From assembly GCA_000993405.1 (NCBI GenBank), contig LBWB01000009.1:13848-77847 (forward strand): a DNA stretch of 64,000 bases, written 5' to 3'. The translations under genes and the position numbers were made by a program. The stretch is from Candidatus Woesebacteria bacterium GW2011_GWB1_39_12 (lineage in GTDB: Bacteria; Patescibacteriota; Microgenomatia; UBA8517). Of this stretch, positions 9,433-19,685 are shown one piece after another; the first letter of the stretch is position 1, and each line of letters starts with the position of its first letter. The notes below the pieces were generated by a model. It was not told where the DNA came from, did not search any database, and worked only from the letters and a program-made list of their open reading frames with translations.

Positions 9433-10163
9433 TTGGCGGAAATGGAAAGAATACTTAGAAAAGGCAAAGAAATAGACCCAAAAAATCAATCTTTTATAAT
9501 AGAATTTGCAGGTACACCTCTTTGGAAACGTGGAGAGAAAATTCAAGTATATGGAGATTATTTAAAACATTCTTTTGGTTTCGATGTAAGATATAACGCA
9601 ATCGACCCGACACAAGAGACAGAACTTATAACTACTGAGGATGTTTTAATACTCGCACTGTCAACAGTAGACCGAGTTGCGAAAAGTTCAAATAAGGGTA
9701 GATACACTGGAGTTTTACTTCCTGGGGGCATTCTGGAAGAATTGACAAAAATATGTTATTACAATATAGAGAAAAAATTGGTTTGGCAATAGTTGTATTG
9801 CTTTCACCCACCACTTCTTTATCTGAAGATACCATTGCTTCTTTGCATTACGAGAAACACGACCAATATGAGTTATTATCCTCGTTAAGTTCTAAACCCA
9901 GAAGAATAATGAACGAAGGAAATTTAATAGAATTAAACGGGTGTTTTGTAGATACAATACGAGAATATGGGGGAGGGTTTAACAAAATTCACACAGTCGA
10001 CTTAAGAGATATTGAGTTACCTTTTCGAGAAGAAAAAATAGGACTCGCATTTGCGGGGGGGATTTGGACAGGACTTTTTACCCTTTACCCGGTTCGTTTC
10101 CGCTTCGCGAATACAAACCTCTTCCTAAAACACCACTTCTTGTACAAAAAACAGACTAATTAA
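9433..10163 (+). pseudogene. probable frameshifted gene (degenerate nucleotide-kinase-like), ORFs 9433-9792 and 9753-10163
   Basis: One extra A in the A6 run at 9772-9777 joins both ORFs (NIEKKIGLAIVVL); IIEFAGTP resembles a decayed P-loop. Confidence 0.5.
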
Positions 10164-10197
10164 CACCGTGCGCTGATTAGGTTCTAACTTGGGGTAA

Positions 10198-11376
10198 TTA
10201 TTCGCTGAATTCGGAAAGAGTTGCGGAAAGTTGAAGTGTTTCACCATCGCGCCAGACTTCTAGCGTTATTGATTGACCGGCTTTTTTCTTGGAAATTAAA
10301 TCAGCCAGTCCGCCGTCGTCCCCTTTTACTTCTTCGCCGTCGAATTTAGTAATGATATCGTTTGGCTTAATCCCTGCACTTGCGGCAGGAGAATTTTCAA
10401 CCACCTCAACAACATAAGCTCCCTGCGGAACTTTATTTAAAATTGCAGTCTCCTGATCGACCATTTGGTACTGAACACCCAAGAAAGGCTTGGAGGCAAA
10501 CGATCCCGATTTTTTAAACTGATCCAGCGCATCTCTGACCAAATTAATAGGAATTGCAAATCCGATGTTTTCTGCTCCTTGAGCAACGGCAACATTAACC
10601 CCAATTACCTGTCCCGCACTATTTAGAAGCGGCCCACCCGAATTTCCGGGGTTTATGGCCGCGTCTGTTTGGATAACGTCATCTAGTCTTTCGACAAATC
10701 CCTCAAAAGCGCTACCCGCAGTAATTCCCCGACCAAGTCCCGAGATAACTCCGGTCGTAACCGTATGCCTGAATTCTCCCAAAGCAGTTCCAATGGCAAT
10801 CACAAACTGACCAACTTTGAGGTTACCCGACTCACCCAGTTCAACCGGTTGAAGCGCTTGCCCTGAGCCCGCCGAAGGGTCTATCTTTAGTACGGCTAAA
10901 TCATTCGAAGGATCGCGACTGACTTTTTGAACCTCATACTCTTTGCCGTCTTTGGTTATCACCTTATATTTAGAATCCGTATCCGAAACTACATGTTTAT
11001 TCGTTATGATAAGTCCGTCTTCGGAAACGACAAAACCGGACCCTATATCCTGAGGTTGTCCTCCCTCGATGCGAGATCTAAATCCCCCGCCAAAAGGATT
11101 AAACTCCAAAATTCTTCTCTGGGGCGTCTGGATAGAAACGGTTACCACGGATGGGGAAACGCGATCTGCAACATTTATGACAACCGATTCTTCGCTCAAG
11201 ACTTTCTGTTCAATTGTCCCGGTTCTAAAACCGCCTGAGCTATCTCTTGCAACTAAAAGGTCTAATGGCTTAATCACAAAAAATCTGTCAGCTAAAGCAC
11301 CGCCCAAGGCAGATACCAGGACAACAAACCCGACCACAAGACCTATCACTAAACCTTGAAATTTTGATCTATTCAT
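10198..11376 (-). CDS. htrA: HtrA/DegP-like serine protease with PDZ domain
   Basis: GSGF, TNKHVV, DLAVLK, QTDAAINPGNSGGPL, PDZ. Confidence 0.95.
   Translation of the reverse strand: MNRSKFQGLVIGLVVGFVVLVSALGGALADRFFVIKPLDLLVARDSSGGFRTGTIEQKVLSEESVVINVADRVSPSVVTVSIQTPQRRILEFNPFGGGFRSRIEGGQPQDIGSGFVVSEDGLIITNKHVVSDTDSKYKVITKDGKEYEVQKVSRDPSNDLAVLKIDPSAGSGQALQPVELGESGNLKVGQFVIAIGTALGEFRHTVTTGVISGLGRGITAGSAFEGFVERLDDVIQTDAAINPGNSGGPLLNSAGQVIGVNVAVAQGAENIGFAIPINLVRDALDQFKKSGSFASKPFLGVQYQMVDQETAILNKVPQGAYVVEVVENSPAASAGIKPNDIITKFDGEEVKGDDGGLADLISKKKAGQSITLEVWRDGETLQLSATLSEFSE
10861..10879. repeat. REP-like palindrome inserted in frame in htrA
   Basis: ccctgagcccgccgaaggg, encoding PSAGSG. Confidence 0.7.
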
Positions 11377-11404
11377 ATACCCACTTTACTATAACTTATC
11401 TATT

Positions 11405-11421
11405 CTGAGAATTTCCTGAAA
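11405..11421 (-). promoter_or_regulatory. TTTCAG-N5-TCTCAG box upstream of htrA
   Basis: Minus strand tttcag gaaat tctcag, 11 bp before -10 TATAGT (11388-11393). Confidence 0.75.
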
Positions 11422-11425
11422 TTAT

Positions 11426-12697
11426 TTAAGATCCGAGTAATTCAACTGCCTTTTCCAGCTGTTCATCCTCTTCCGTATCCTCTTTATCCTCTATCTCTAT
11501 ATCCGGTTTTAAACCTCCCTCATTCACCCAGAGTCCATTAGGAGTAAGCCACTTGGCAATTGTAATATGAAGTCCTGCTCCGCCGTCAACATCCATAGGC
11601 TCTTGAATAGTTCCCTTGCCGAAAGTCGTTTCGCCTACAAGCTCTGCCCTGTTATTATCTCTTAAAGCTCCTGCCAAAATTTCCGATGCCGAGGCCGACC
11701 CTTCATTAATTAAAACAACCACATCGACCTTTCTCAGTCTTCCAATTTTTTCTACCTTGTATTCGTTTCTGGTTCCGTCTCCTCCCTCTTCGATTACGAC
11801 CGTATCTTTATTTTCCAGAAAATCGGAGGAAAGCTCTACCGCCTTCTCCAAATAGCCTCCCGGATTATTGCGCACGTCAAGAATTACACCTTTCAGGTTA
11901 GTCTTCTTGACTAGTTCTATTACCGCCTTCTCCCATTCGCTGCTCGTTTCTGCTGAAAATTTTAAAACCTTGATATAAGCAATGGAATCACCGTCACCCC
12001 TATATTCGAGAACTATACTTGGCACATTTATACTTTGTCTTACAACTTCAACCTCAAACGGCTCATCCTTGCCTTCCCTTAATAGGGTAAGAGTTACGGA
12101 GGTCCCAGCCGGACCTCTTATCGCTTCAACCGCATCCGTAATTGAAATCCCGTCTGTTCCCTCATTAATTTTTCTGGATTCGTCCTTTATGACAAGTATC
12201 AGGTCTCCCGCTCTAACACCCGCTTTTTCCGCAGGCGTGCCGGGCAAAGGCGCAATCACTGCCAACCGAGTTCCTTTAAAGCCTATTTGAATTCCAACTC
12301 CCTCGAATGTTCCTTGTAGATCCTCCTGAACTACCTTCTTCTCTTGAGGAGGCAAAAAGACTGTATAAGGGTCTCCCAAGGCAGAAACCATTCCGCGTAT
12401 TGCGCCGTAGACCATTTCGGACGGGATTATTTTTGATTTATCGTAGTATTTTGCGCCTAGGGTGTCCCAAACTTTCCAAAAAAGTTCAAAGTCTACATTT
12501 TGATTTTGAGGAATCTCTCTTGAGATTTTTACTTCTGGAAAGCCAAGGCTGGCCTTATAGCCTTTAAAACCTGAGGTATACCCTAATCCAAAAGAAACAG
12601 AAACTATAATAGCGAGAGTCAAGGCGTTTCTAACAAGACGCAGGTTAAACTTGAGAAAATTTATTTTTGACATACCAACCATTTTATACGCTTCCAC
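11426..12697 (-). CDS. ctpA: S41 carboxyl-terminal processing protease
   Basis: DPYT, PDZ GIGI, LDVRNNPGG, SASASEI, TFGKG. Confidence 0.93.
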   Translation of the reverse strand: MEAYKMVGMSKINFLKFNLRLVRNALTLAIIVSVSFGLGYTSGFKGYKASLGFPEVKISREIPQNQNVDFELFWKVWDTLGAKYYDKSKIIPSEMVYGAIRGMVSALGDPYTVFLPPQEKKVVQEDLQGTFEGVGIQIGFKGTRLAVIAPLPGTPAEKAGVRAGDLILVIKDESRKINEGTDGISITDAVEAIRGPAGTSVTLTLLREGKDEPFEVEVVRQSINVPSIVLEYRGDGDSIAYIKVLKFSAETSSEWEKAVIELVKKTNLKGVILDVRNNPGGYLEKAVELSSDFLENKDTVVIEEGGDGTRNEYKVEKIGRLRKVDVVVLINEGSASASEILAGALRDNNRAELVGETTFGKGTIQEPMDVDGGAGLHITIAKWLTPNGLWVNEGGLKPDIEIEDKEDTEEDEQLEKAVELLGS

Positions 12698-12740
12698 GCT
12701 AGAAAATCTAGCTTAAGTTACGGAAATTACACTCTTTGCC

Positions 12741-12989
12741 TCAAGCCGAGGGTGTAAAGGGAAGTAAACCCAGATAACGCGCCCTTTTAATCGAAAGCGA
12801 TAATATTCTTTGGTGTCGGGCGCATACTCCGCTTCGGTCACGACCTAAAATTTTTCCTCTGTCGGATAAAAACCTCTCTAATCTTTTGTAGTCCTTGTAA
12901 TCGGGAACCAAATGCTCTTCACAAAAGGGACACTTTAAATCTCTTTTAATTTCGCGTGTTTGCCGTTTTTGCTTGTTTTTTTTCAGCAT
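12741..12989 (-). CDS. rpsR: 30S ribosomal protein S18
   Basis: CPFC, DYKD, GKIL, IKRARYLGLLPF. Confidence 0.96.
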   Translation of the reverse strand: MLKKNKQKRQTREIKRDLKCPFCEEHLVPDYKDYKRLERFLSDRGKILGRDRSGVCARHQRILSLSIKRARYLGLLPFTPSA

Positions 12990-13004
12990 AATATGAAGAA
13001 GGCT

Positions 13005-13523
13005 CTAAAAGGGGATGTCTTCATCAACTTCTTTTTCATTACTTTCTTCATTCTTAGATTCTTTTTTGTCTGTGGTTTTTTTCTTGGCTGGTTTAACGGA
13101 AGACGGCGTCTCCTCGGTAACCGGTTCGGCAGTCGTTGTCTCCCCAACTTCCTCAGGGACGTCAAAATCCTGTACTTCGTGCGGGCCCATGCGGGAGTCC
13201 AGTATAATCATGTCACTTGCCACAATTTCAGTGGTTGTTCTTTCATTCCCGTCCTGAGCCGTCCAGCGCCTCGTCTGAAGCCTACCCTCGATATAAACTT
13301 TTCTTCCTTTTGCCAAAAGTTGGGCACAAAGTTCGGCTAATTTATTCCAGGCAACAATTCTATGAAATTCAGCGTCTTCTTTCTTCTCACCCGACTCAGT
13401 TGTCCAATATCTATTGGTCGCCAAACCAAACGTACAAACAGCCGTACCCGCCGGTGTATATCGAAGTTCCGGGTCGCGAGTCAGGTTTCCAATTAATTCG
13501 ACTTTATTTAAACTCCTAGCCAC
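13005..13523 (-). CDS. ssb: single-stranded DNA-binding protein
   Basis: LNKVELIGNLTRDPELRYT; C-terminal EDIPF. Confidence 0.97.
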   Translation of the reverse strand: MARSLNKVELIGNLTRDPELRYTPAGTAVCTFGLATNRYWTTESGEKKEDAEFHRIVAWNKLAELCAQLLAKGRKVYIEGRLQTRRWTAQDGNERTTTEIVASDMIILDSRMGPHEVQDFDVPEEVGETTTAEPVTEETPSSVKPAKKKTTDKKESKNEESNEKEVDEDIPF

Positions 13524-13540
13524 TTTGTCTTACCGTATCC

Positions 13541-13840
13541 TTAAGCGGAGGCGGATAATTCCTTTCTAACTATCAAGTACCTAATTATATCACCTTCCAT
13601 CTTTAACTTTTGGTTCAAGGTTTGAGTAGATTGCGACTCCAATTCTAAATTAAAATGTAAAAACATTCCAGAACTATTCTTGGCAATCTTATGGGATAAC
13701 TCAACTTCTCCCCAATCATCTACCTTAACTACTTTACCTTTTAAGGTCTCTATAATCTTTCCCAACTTTTCCTGAGAAGTTTTTTTCTTGGCAGCCGTTG
13801 CCTTCCCGGGCAATATAACAGTTAATTCATACTTATTCAT
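13541..13840 (-). CDS. rpsF: 30S ribosomal protein S6
   Basis: KYEL, DDWG, IIRYLIV; rpsF-ssb-rpsR order. Confidence 0.93.
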   Translation of the reverse strand: MNKYELTVILPGKATAAKKKTSQEKLGKIIETLKGKVVKVDDWGEVELSHKIAKNSSGMFLHFNLELESQSTQTLNQKLKMEGDIIRYLIVRKELSASA

Positions 13841-13895
13841 AACGCTTGAAAGTATAACATAAATAAATATCAAACTCGATGCGAAACTACGAATA

Positions 13896-14825
13896 CTATT
13901 GTCCTACTTTGAACTCTATAACGTCTTTATCTTGGACAACGTAATCTTTTCCTTCGAGTCCAACCCTACCTTTTTCCTTTGCATCTTTCCAACTACCAAT
14001 ATCAAGAAGGCTTTTAACATTAATCACCTCTGCTTTAATAAATTTTTTTGCAAAATCAGTGTGAACCCGTCCGGCCGCGTCTAACGCGGTTTCTCCCTTT
14101 TTTAAACTCCACGCACTTACCTCTTTCTCACCCTTAATCGTATAAAAAGTTATTAAATCAAGTAGTTTATAAGCTTCAAGGATCAGCCTTTCCAAACCCG
14201 ATCTCTCCCACTGAAGCATCTTAAACATTTCTGCCTTTTCAACATTATCCAAGTCGATCATCTCCTCTTCAAGTTTTCCCGCAATAGCCAAAACTTCTCC
14301 TTTAAACTTTTCCTCGATTAGCTTAGTTAACTGACCAACTTGATTTACTTTTTCCTCATCTACATTGAGCACATATATTGTCGGTTTCTTCTCAATTCCT
14401 CCAAGTTCGAGTTCCAAGTTTACAAGTTCTATATCTTCCAAAATCTGATGCTCGCTTCCCACTGGATGCGAAGTATGCGGATGAGAAACTTTTTCATCGC
14501 TAAATGCGCGAACAACATGGACAATTGCATCAACCTCGCGAATTTTGCCTAAAAACTGATTTCCCAATCCTTCTCCCTTATGCGCGTCCTTAACAAGACC
14601 CGCAATGTCTATAAATGTAACCGTTGCAGGAACACACTTCTCGGGCTTAATAAGATCACAAAGTCTATGGAAATCCTCGTCGTGCACAGGAACAACAGCC
14701 TCATGGGGATCTATTGTCGTAAAAGGACGGGGTGCGGTTTCAGATAACCGACGAGAAGCCAGCGCGTTAAAAAGCGTGCTCTTCCCCGCATTCGCAAGAC
14801 CCACAATTCCAACTGATAAACTCAT
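13896..14825 (-). CDS. ychF: redox-regulated ATPase YchF (internally shortened)
   Basis: GIVGLANAGKSTLFNAL, DIAGLV, GEGLGNQFL, TGS domain HTDF...EGKDYVVQD. Confidence 0.95.
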   Translation of the reverse strand: MSLSVGIVGLANAGKSTLFNALASRRLSETAPRPFTTIDPHEAVVPVHDEDFHRLCDLIKPEKCVPATVTFIDIAGLVKDAHKGEGLGNQFLGKIREVDAIVHVVRAFSDEKVSHPHTSHPVGSEHQILEDIELVNLELELGGIEKKPTIYVLNVDEEKVNQVGQLTKLIEEKFKGEVLAIAGKLEEEMIDLDNVEKAEMFKMLQWERSGLERLILEAYKLLDLITFYTIKGEKEVSAWSLKKGETALDAAGRVHTDFAKKFIKAEVINVKSLLDIGSWKDAKEKGRVGLEGKDYVVQDKDVIEFKVGQ

Positions 14826-14884
14826 GAAGCTATTGTACTGCAAACACAAATATATTTCTTATAGTTTCGCTGATTTGAGCATAA

Positions 14885-15685
14885 CTACACTAATTCTCTT
14901 GCAATGCTTTCAGACTTAGTATTGTAAATTATTGGATTTAACCTTCTTCGGATATCACTTGCAATTCGTAATGCAACTTCTCCTTTTGGTGCAGACGCAT
15001 CGATGTTAATCACTTCAGTATTTGGAAAAACTTTTTCAACAACCAAAGGAATTTCCTGGAACGCTTCACTTAGTAAGGTTAAACCTTGGACAGTTTCGTG
15101 TCTGTGTTGCCATAAAGGTTGGCCGGTTGGTTTTACTCGCTCTTCAGCAATACGTCCTTCTATTATTTTATATGCCGTTAAGGGATCGATCTGCATAAAA
15201 TAGATTTGATCATAATCGGGCAGTCTTGATATTTGTTTCATAAAACGCAAACGTTCTTCAATGGTTAATGCAGTTAGTTCCGGAGCGTAAAATTGTGCAT
15301 AGGCTGTAGGATCCGTAAAGTAGTTTCTTCCACTCAAATACAAATCGGGCTTAAATGAATCATTTGATATCCTCCTGACAACCCATCCTTGCATCATCAC
15401 ATTTGCTGTATTAGCTGCTTGAACCAAACGAATATTCGCGTCTCGATCCCCCACCTTGTGTACGTGATTAATAAATCTAAAAAAAGGAACAAAGAGCTTT
15501 CGGGTCATTCTATTACCATCTTTATCTTGCCAGATATACATCGGAGGCCTATCAAGGCGTACTATTCTAAGATCTTCTTCAAACGTTTGAAATAACAAGT
15601 CAAGTACTCCCAGAACTACAGTGTCTTTTCCGGAACCATCAGGTCCTGAAAGTGATGTGTCGAGAGGTTTTAATCGCTCAGCCAT
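14885..15685 (-). CDS. thymidylate-kinase-like P-loop protein
   Basis: SGPDGSGKDT Walker A; LPDYDQIYFMQID; IDAS motif. Confidence 0.65.
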   Translation of the reverse strand: MAERLKPLDTSLSGPDGSGKDTVVLGVLDLLFQTFEEDLRIVRLDRPPMYIWQDKDGNRMTRKLFVPFFRFINHVHKVGDRDANIRLVQAANTANVMMQGWVVRRISNDSFKPDLYLSGRNYFTDPTAYAQFYAPELTALTIEERLRFMKQISRLPDYDQIYFMQIDPLTAYKIIEGRIAEERVKPTGQPLWQHRHETVQGLTLLSEAFQEIPLVVEKVFPNTEVINIDASAPKGEVALRIASDIRRRLNPIIYNTKSESIARELV

Positions 15686-15716
15686 AGTAATATCTTAAAT
15701 ATAGAATTTGGATTTG

Positions 15717-15764
15717 TTATTCTATACGAACCCCAACAAACAATGACATCTTGAGGCAATTTTA
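15717..15764 (-). pseudogene. possible remnant 5' end and promoter of ychF
   Basis: TAAAAT then MSLFVGVRIE*, versus YchF MSLSVGIVG. Confidence 0.5.
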
Positions 15765-15887
15765 CTCTGAAAAAGTTTCAAAACAAAATCTGAAAGGTTA
15801 GAAGCTAATCAACCCGACGGGCTAGAACTCACTAGGATACCTACTTGAAAAGTGCCATCAGTTTTTTGTAATCTTAGAAGATCAAAA

Positions 15888-16379
15888 ATGAATAAATTTT
15901 TAGTAGTTGTGTCCGTTCTAGCAGTAATTGGGGTAAGTGTTTTTTATTTTAATAAAAATTCCCAAGTGAATAATTCAACCAATTCATCCTTACCAACCCC
16001 AACAACAATTACGCCAACTCAGGAACCGACACAAGATGTTACAATTACACCCATGCAGGAGGAATTAACAACCGAGGATTTAAAAATAGGAACAGGTGCA
16101 GAAGCTGTTGCCGGAAAAACTGTGACCGTAAATTACAAAGGAACTTTAACAAACGGCACCCAATTTGATAGCTCCTATGACCGTGGTGAACCTTTTAGCT
16201 TCGTCTTAGGTTCAGGTTTTGTAATCAAGGGTTGGGATCAGGGTGTAGCCGGAATGAAGGTTGGTGGAAAAAGAAAGCTTACTATTCCTCCTTCTCTGGG
16301 GTACGGCGCACAAGTTGCCGGAACAATTCCAGCTAACTCGACTCTGATCTTCGAAATAGAACTTCTAAAAGTTGAATAA
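15888..16379 (+). CDS. FKBP-type peptidyl-prolyl isomerase, membrane anchored
   Basis: [39 protein letters not shown]. Confidence 0.96.
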   Translation: MNKFLVVVSVLAVIGVSVFYFNKNSQVNNSTNSSLPTPTTITPTQEPTQDVTITPMQEELTTEDLKIGTGAEAVAGKTVTVNYKGTLTNGTQFDSSYDRGEPFSFVLGSGFVIKGWDQGVAGMKVGGKRKLTIPPSLGYGAQVAGTIPANSTLIFEIELLKVE

Positions 16380-16381
16380 AC

Positions 16382-16530
16382 TACCGAGGGTTAAGAGCCC
16401 TCGGTATTCTCGCCCTTTGGGCTCAACAAGTTTGTTTCTTTGCGTTCGCTTCATCCGAGCGTTATAACACTCGTTATTCGCGAATGCTCGAAATAAACAA
16501 AAATCCGATGGATTCGAACTCAATCGACTG
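16382..16530. other. structured intergenic region (nested hairpins)
   Basis: taccgaggg/ccctcggta hairpin at 16382-16406; gtttgtttc...gaaataaac pairing. Confidence 0.45.
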
Positions 16531-16580
16531 TTCTGCTTGATTTCTACAAAATTTTGTTCGATTTTGATATAATAATATAT

Positions 16581-17369
16581 ATGACCCTGGAGGCGGAAAG
16601 TACTCTATCTGCGTTGGAAATAAGGGGTCTTTCCGTTGATCGTGACCAGCCATTTTCTCCGGCAGTCACTTCCGAAAATCTTCCTGAACTAAACTGGAAA
16701 AGGACAGAGCCTCTAAATGGCGCAAATCTTACTGAAGCAGTAATATCCGCAGGAAACAAAGGTCCTCTTATTGTAGCCCGATACATAAGAAACAACTCTG
16801 GAAGAGAGAGTATGGATATCAGTTTAAGAATTCCGGCAGAAGATGCTACATGTTTTCTCCGGCACGACGCTAACGCAGACCCAGAAGGTTATAAAGATTG
16901 GGAACTTATAAAGACAGTCTCCGGAGTTAATCCAAATGGGGGTAACAAAGTTGAACGGGTTGTTTTCAAGGAAGTGTCAACCGATCCAACTTTTATTCTT
17001 GATGACCCATTAGAGGCTCGCGAGTGGCAAAAAGTTTTAGAGAATACCAGAATTTTATTATCATCACTTCCCAATGATTATCCCGAAAAAGAAATCCTAT
17101 CGGCTGCATGGCAGCAAGTTAGTGTGACAGATGAAGCTACTCACACAGCTTTACTTGAGCAACAAGGAGCCCTAAAGAAACAAAGTGAGCAGGAGGAACA
17201 ACGAAGACAAATGGAAATACTATTTCCTCCAACAAAAAAACAAACTTTCATTCAACGAACTCTCGGACGCATAACTACCTTTCTCCAAGGACCGAATGGT
17301 TACGGAAGCGAGAGATCACAACCGCAAGACCCCGGGTCATTCCACGACAAGCAATATTACAGACGCTAA
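16581..17369 (+). CDS. hypothetical protein
   Basis: Long ORF, TATAAT just upstream, no recognisable motif. Confidence 0.7.
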   Translation: MTLEAESTLSALEIRGLSVDRDQPFSPAVTSENLPELNWKRTEPLNGANLTEAVISAGNKGPLIVARYIRNNSGRESMDISLRIPAEDATCFLRHDANADPEGYKDWELIKTVSGVNPNGGNKVERVVFKEVSTDPTFILDDPLEAREWQKVLENTRILLSSLPNDYPEKEILSAAWQQVSVTDEATHTALLEQQGALKKQSEQEEQRRQMEILFPPTKKQTFIQRTLGRITTFLQGPNGYGSERSQPQDPGSFHDKQYYRR

Positions 17370-17380
17370 AAATAATCTTT

Positions 17381-17806
17381 TCATTTTTTATATAACGATT
17401 TCTCAAATTTATAGTGCGGCGAATCGGGATAGGTTTTCACTAATTCTAATTTATTTCCTTCGGGATCAAATAGCCAAACATTTTTATTATTATCACGAGT
17501 ATCAAGAATTTCAGAATCAAATACTACCCCCTTTTGTTCCATTTCTTCTTTAGACTTAGCTAAATCGTCAACCGTAAAACTTATATGCCGAACTCCAACA
17601 CTTTTACTATCGTCAAAAGAAGGTTTTTCCTCTCCACCCAAACATAATTCCAAATATTGCCCTTCAGATATATGAAGATAAACTATACGCAAACTTCCGT
17701 CATCATTATTAATTCTAAAAGCTTCCTTAAACCCCATGCCTTTACAATAAAATTCCAACATCTTATCGATATCCTTTACTCTTATTGCAACGTGTCCAAA
17801 TCTCAT
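17381..17806 (-). CDS. VOC/glyoxalase family protein
   Basis: GHVAIRV, RHISF, FDPEGNKLE. Confidence 0.92.
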   Translation of the reverse strand: MRFGHVAIRVKDIDKMLEFYCKGMGFKEAFRINNDDGSLRIVYLHISEGQYLELCLGGEEKPSFDDSKSVGVRHISFTVDDLAKSKEEMEQKGVVFDSEILDTRDNNKNVWLFDPEGNKLELVKTYPDSPHYKFEKSLYKK

Positions 17807-18048
17807 ATTTTCTCAACTCTTTCTTTAAACTCATCAACCGCTCCCTTCCAACCCCACTTAGTAAGGTAAGGAGGTAGAACTTCTTTAATATCAACCTCTC
17901 CAATAGCAGCTTTCTTATAATCGCCTTTGAAGAACGGGAGTATCTCTTCAATCGGAACATCATAATCCTGCGAGTAAGTCTCACTGAAGTATTTATTTCG
18001 AGGTCGAATCACAACCCCATCTGCATCTAATAATAAAAATTTACTCAT
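17803..18048 (-). pseudogene. truncated HAD-family hydrolase
   Basis: LLLDADGVV motif I present; ends after 81 aa with no motifs II-IV. Confidence 0.65.
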
Positions 18049-18054
18049 TTATAT

Positions 18055-18645
18055 TTAAGTTAAATACTTTTCTGGAAAGTCTCCAGAATTTTCCATCACA
18101 AATCTATTTCTATTCTCGAAAGCTTTTTTGACTTCTGGTAGAACTATTTTCCTGTTCCAATCTTTTAATGCTTTTCCTTTATTATCTTCCATCAATTCCT
18201 CAAAAGTTTTGTGTGGACTTTCTAACCACCAAAGTGAATAAAATGGACCAACCATATGTGATGCTGCATCTGCTGAAGATGTTATTTGAACCTCGATTGG
18301 AGCTTTTGTTAACTCAAATTCCATTTTGCTTTCAAAAATTCTTAAGTACTGAATAGCTTTATCTGTAAATTCTTGCTCGAATCCAATTTCTTCCATTAAT
18401 TTTGCAGTTACTTCAGTAATCTTTTCCACGCCATCTCGAATGCCAAGAATTTTTCCATAATCATGAATCCAAATAAGAGTTTTAACTAAGTTTCTGTTTG
18501 CATTTTTATATATGTCACAAAGTTCAAGAGCGATTTGTTCAACTATATTTAGGTGATATTTAACAAACCATTTATGATGAATAAAGTCGGGGTTAAAAGA
18601 CGCTTTCGTAACTTTCGCTCTCAATTTGTCGATTAAATGATCCAT
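18055..18645 (-). CDS. HD domain protein
   Basis: YH...IHDYGK...SADAASH. Confidence 0.75.
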   Translation of the reverse strand: MDHLIDKLRAKVTKASFNPDFIHHKWFVKYHLNIVEQIALELCDIYKNANRNLVKTLIWIHDYGKILGIRDGVEKITEVTAKLMEEIGFEQEFTDKAIQYLRIFESKMEFELTKAPIEVQITSSADAASHMVGPFYSLWWLESPHKTFEELMEDNKGKALKDWNRKIVLPEVKKAFENRNRFVMENSGDFPEKYLT

Positions 18646-18661
18646 AGTTACAAATGTAAAT

Positions 18662-19036
18662 TTATTTAATTGGGTGGGAGTACATCTTTTCGTTATATGC
18701 TGGTATAGAAATTAGAAGCAGGGTTCCTTTGCCATATATTTCATATTTTGATACACCTTTTAAGTAGACATATTCCTTGTTTCTTAGTACTTGTTCCTCA
18801 AAATTCCCCTTGTCATACAATGTGAACTTAAATTCTCCAGCCACTACAACATATAATGCAGTAAATCCTTCATAGAGTTGTATAATTACTTTCTCGTCTG
18901 ACGGATCCCTTGCATTATCAAGGTCCATATAGGCCAAGGAGTATTCTTTAGATGTGGGATCTGTAATCTCTAGATCAAATCCTTCTCCCTTATGCACCTT
19001 CTTAAAATCGTCTATTTTAATTATTTTATGGCTCAT
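18662..19036 (-). CDS. cupin-like protein
   Basis: LYVVVAGEFKF beta-barrel pattern. Confidence 0.5.
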   Translation of the reverse strand: MSHKIIKIDDFKKVHKGEGFDLEITDPTSKEYSLAYMDLDNARDPSDEKVIIQLYEGFTALYVVVAGEFKFTLYDKGNFEEQVLRNKEYVYLKGVSKYEIYGKGTLLLISIPAYNEKMYSHPIK

Positions 19037-19045
19037 AAAATGAAA

Positions 19046-19618
19046 TTAATCCAAAATTTCCTCTAACAATTCAGGAAACTTGTGAGATTTCATATCTTCA
19101 TAACAGAAGTGTCCGTAATTATGAAATTCCTTATATTTAAGTCCTTTTACTTTTGCACGAACAATTTCTACTGTCTTTTGAACGCTTTCTTGATCGTTGT
19201 CCGAAGCAAAAATCGTTACCCCTTTTGTTCTCTTTGGAAAATCAGGATCAATCTCAAAATCATCAAAGAAGTCTTTTGTTTTATCGTGATGTGGATCAAG
19301 CCAAGGAGCAACTAATACTACTTTTCCAATTTTTAATTTTGGATGAATACTTAAATATTTAATGAAGTAACCACTGCCTGTGCTATGTCCTACCAATATA
19401 GTTTCAGGTGTAATATCAAAACGTTCTACTTCTTTTGTCCAAACCTTCCAGTTCCTATCGTATGAATTTGGAACTTCTGGTGTTGCTGCTGCAATATCGT
19501 GTTTTAAGAGTTGTCCTTGAAGCCAAGGGATCCAGTGAGCATTGCTCATACTTGGAGCTTCAGGATCGTAATACTCCTTCTTACTCGGACCACCGTGTAA
19601 GATAATTGCGTTTTTCAT
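19046..19618 (-). CDS. RBBP9/YdeN family alpha/beta hydrolase
   Basis: IILHG, HWIPWL, VGHSTG, SDND, GHF. Confidence 0.88.
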   Translation of the reverse strand: MKNAIILHGGPSKKEYYDPEAPSMSNAHWIPWLQGQLLKHDIAAATPEVPNSYDRNWKVWTKEVERFDITPETILVGHSTGSGYFIKYLSIHPKLKIGKVVLVAPWLDPHHDKTKDFFDDFEIDPDFPKRTKGVTIFASDNDQESVQKTVEIVRAKVKGLKYKEFHNYGHFCYEDMKSHKFPELLEEILD

Positions 19619-19685
19619 ATTAAATTTTGTTTTTCTAAGAAACTCCTGACAATTTTAACAATAGGATAGTTCATATAATTTCTTA

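Noticed and set aside
16500-16535. tRNA gene suggested by GTTCGAATCC
   Set aside because: The T-stem does not pair, and no D or anticodon arms can be built.
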